Below, one piece after another: positions 61,988 to 64,000 of a stretch of DNA of 64,000 bases. Every line of letters begins with the position of its first letter. Position 1 is the first letter of the stretch. The notes below the pieces were generated by a model. That model saw nothing but the letters and a program-made list of their open reading frames with translations, ran no database searches and was not told the DNA's origin. Origin of the DNA: Dehalococcoidia bacterium (GTDB lineage: Bacteria; Chloroflexota; Dehalococcoidia; Lucifugimonadales; JAGWBF01); the NCBI GenBank assembly GCA_034423015.1, contig DAOUJG010000015.1, positions 12,104-76,103 on the forward strand, read 5' to 3'. Made by a program: the position numbers and the translations under genes.

Positions 61988-62047
61988 GCCCGCGTCGGTC
62001 CAAGGGAACACGGTGGTCCGGCCCGCTTTGGGAGGTAGGCTAACGCA

Positions 62048-63787
62048 TTGACTGCCGGCAGCGCCGACCAGTCCATTCGGTTTGAGCCCGAGGAGGCTTG
62101 TCCTCCGGCGATCGCATTGGTGGTAGGCTTTCAGGGCGCCGTGCTCGTGCTTCCGCCCACGGTGCTGAACGTAACGGTCGCCGTCCGTTCCTCCGGCCTG
62201 GACGACAGCTATCTGGCTTGGAGCGTCTTCGCCGCGCTGCTCGTCGGCGCGGCGATTACGGCGCTGCAAGCGTTTCAACTCCGGCGGTTCGGCGCGGGCC
62301 ACGTCGTGCTCACCTCGCCTGCGGCGCTGTTCATCGGGATTATGGTGGCGACGGTCTCCGCGGCCGGACCATCGACGTTCATGAGCCTGCTAATCGTCTG
62401 CTGCGTGGTCCAGGTCGCCCTTGCGTGGTGGCTGCCAACGCTGCGTCGAATCTTCACGCCGGTGGTTACGGGTACGGTGACCATGCTGATCGCCGTCAGC
62501 GTTCTGCCAATCGCGTTCGACAGCGTTCAGGACCTGCCCGTCGGCGCGCCCAAGGTAGCCGGACCCGCGGTCGCCGGAGTGACGCTGCTGGTCTCGGTGA
62601 TCGTGACGCTGCGCGCACGTGGAGGCTGGCGTCTCGCCGGGCCGTTCATCAGCATCCTGGCCGGGTACGCGGTCGCCGCCGGGTTCGGCCTGATTGACCC
62701 GGGCCGGATCGTCAGCGCCGCCTGGTTCGGTATTCCCGAGCTGCCCGGTCTGACCTTCGATCTCAGGCCCGGCAGGGAGTTCTGGGCCCTTCTGCCGTCC
62801 TTCGGGATCCTCACCCTGGTGCTCGGGATCAAGACGATCAGCGACGGCATTGCCATCCAGCAGGGGTCCTGGCGAAGGCCGCGCGCCATTGATTTCCGCC
62901 AGATCCAGGGCATGGTGAGTGTCAACGGCGTCGGCATGCTCCTCGCCGGCGTCACGAGCACACTGCCGCCGATGAGCTATTCCTCGTTCAGCCTCTCTCT
63001 GATCAACCTGACCGGCGTCGCCGCCCGTCGGGTCGGCATCGGCGTGGCGATCGTCTTGGTGGCGCTGGCCTTCTTCTCGAAGCTTGCGGCGCTGCTGCTG
63101 ACGATCCCGGGACCCGTGTTGGGCGCTTACCTGATGCTGGCCATGGGAATGCTCTTCGTCAGCGGGTGGCAGACCATACTGCGCGACGGCCTCGATCCCA
63201 GGCGTGTGCTGGTGGTCGCCCTCGCCAGCGCGTTGGGCCTGGGACTCCACGACCACCCGGTCATGCGGGACCTCCTTGGCGACGATCTGGGCGGGCTGAT
63301 AGGCAACGGGGTCACCATCGGCGCTGTGGTTGCCATCGGCATGACGCTCCTGCTCGAAGCGATCACCATGCGCCGCTCGCGCCTCGAGGTCACACTTGAC
63401 ATGGACTCGCTACCCTCAATAGACGAGTTTCTCACGCGACTCGCAACCAAACTGGGATGGAACGGATCATCCACGCTGCGGTTGCGCGCCGCCGCCGAAG
63501 AAACCCTCGCCAGCCTGCGGGCGCAGGGGGACGATGCCGATCGCTCGGAGCCTGTGCGGCTGATCATCAACGCGCGGCCTCAGGTGACGATGGTGGAGCT
63601 GGAGTTCGTTGCCACGACGCGAAAAGAGAACGTCGAAGACCAGCTTGCGTATCTGACCGACGAAGCCCACATACCGGCGGTCGACGAGCTTTCGCTCCGG
63701 CTATTGCGGCACTACTCCTCTGCCGTGCGCCACCAGAAGTTCCACGGCGTGGACATCGTGACGGTGCAGGTCGAGGGCAGAGCCTGA
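62048..63787 (+). CDS. Polytopic transporter (NCS2 / xanthine-uracil-permease-like) with a C-terminal soluble domain of about 137 aa
   Basis: 579 aa with about 12-14 hydrophobic segments. The region [39 protein letters not shown] resembles the NCS2 signature region. TTG start. Confidence 0.6.
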   Translation: MTAGSADQSIRFEPEEACPPAIALVVGFQGAVLVLPPTVLNVTVAVRSSGLDDSYLAWSVFAALLVGAAITALQAFQLRRFGAGHVVLTSPAALFIGIMVATVSAAGPSTFMSLLIVCCVVQVALAWWLPTLRRIFTPVVTGTVTMLIAVSVLPIAFDSVQDLPVGAPKVAGPAVAGVTLLVSVIVTLRARGGWRLAGPFISILAGYAVAAGFGLIDPGRIVSAAWFGIPELPGLTFDLRPGREFWALLPSFGILTLVLGIKTISDGIAIQQGSWRRPRAIDFRQIQGMVSVNGVGMLLAGVTSTLPPMSYSSFSLSLINLTGVAARRVGIGVAIVLVALAFFSKLAALLLTIPGPVLGAYLMLAMGMLFVSGWQTILRDGLDPRRVLVVALASALGLGLHDHPVMRDLLGDDLGGLIGNGVTIGAVVAIGMTLLLEAITMRRSRLEVTLDMDSLPSIDEFLTRLATKLGWNGSSTLRLRAAAEETLASLRAQGDDADRSEPVRLIINARPQVTMVELEFVATTRKENVEDQLAYLTDEAHIPAVDELSLRLLRHYSSAVRHQKFHGVDIVTVQVEGRA

Positions 63788-63842
63788 TTCAACGTTTGGG
63801 CGGCGGACATCAGCCCCATCCCCGGGAACTTCCTCCATATGT

Positions 63843-64000
63843 ATGGTCTGTTTGGGGCCTACGGGGTCTGGCGGTTTCCGTCAGTTTTCCCGCATGAACA
63901 TATCGCGGCCGACACCAATTCAAGAGAGGGCTATCCCCCATCTCATGGCGGGGCGAGACGTGGTTGGCCAGGCGCGCACGGGGTCCGGAAAGACGCTGGC
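63843..64000 (+). CDS. DEAD-box RNA helicase (N-terminal part; runs off the window)
   Basis: Hand translation gives ...[36 protein letters not shown], with the Q-motif (PTPIQ) and Walker A (A-x-TGSGKT). The start is ATG 63843 or ATG 63894. Confidence 0.7.
   Translation, partial: MVCLGPTGSGGFRQFSRMNISRPTPIQERAIPHLMAGRDVVGQARTGSGKTL

Overview
This is a 64-kb, high-G+C bacterial chromosomal window. G+C looks roughly 65% from hand counts of a few lines, and most genes have GGAGG-type ribosome-binding sites. It is densely packed with catabolic and transport paralogues. There are three Opp/Dpp-type peptide ABC loci with four family-5 substrate-binding proteins. There are also two TPP enzymes, two MmgE/PrpD proteins, and two DUF1800-NHL gene pairs plus a third NHL/PAL-like propeller. 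An amide/ester hydrolase set is present: isochorismatase-like, asparaginase, amidase, GGT, phosphotriesterase-like and a large alpha/beta-hydrolase-like protein. The window also holds a trpA-aroH-DAHP synthase block, an atypical aroQ-like gene, rarA, a CaCA exchanger and a tRNA-Leu/Cys/Leu cluster. This paralogue-rich content is reminiscent of marine Chloroflexota (SAR202-like), but that cannot be established from the sequence alone. The stand-out feature is a roughly 3-kb, visibly AT-richer islet at 22.7-25.7 kb. It encodes a beta-grasp (Multiubiquitin-like) protein, an E2-like/ThiF-E1 fusion and a Cys-rich DUF6527-like protein in one translationally coupled operon. This operon is transcribed divergently from an XRE-HTH repressor / ImmA-IrrE metalloprotease pair. 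I read it as a damage- or phage-inducible ubiquitin-like conjugation (defence) system with no JAB deubiquitinase and no Gly-Gly Ubl terminus. A second accessory module sits just downstream of the tRNA cluster: a DUF3883/PD-(D/E)xK-like protein translationally coupled to a VapC PIN toxin. Several near-consensus promoters, hairpin terminators, short tandem repeats and one probable gene remnant are also listed. All calls come from reading the ORF translations and the DNA by eye. No database search was run.
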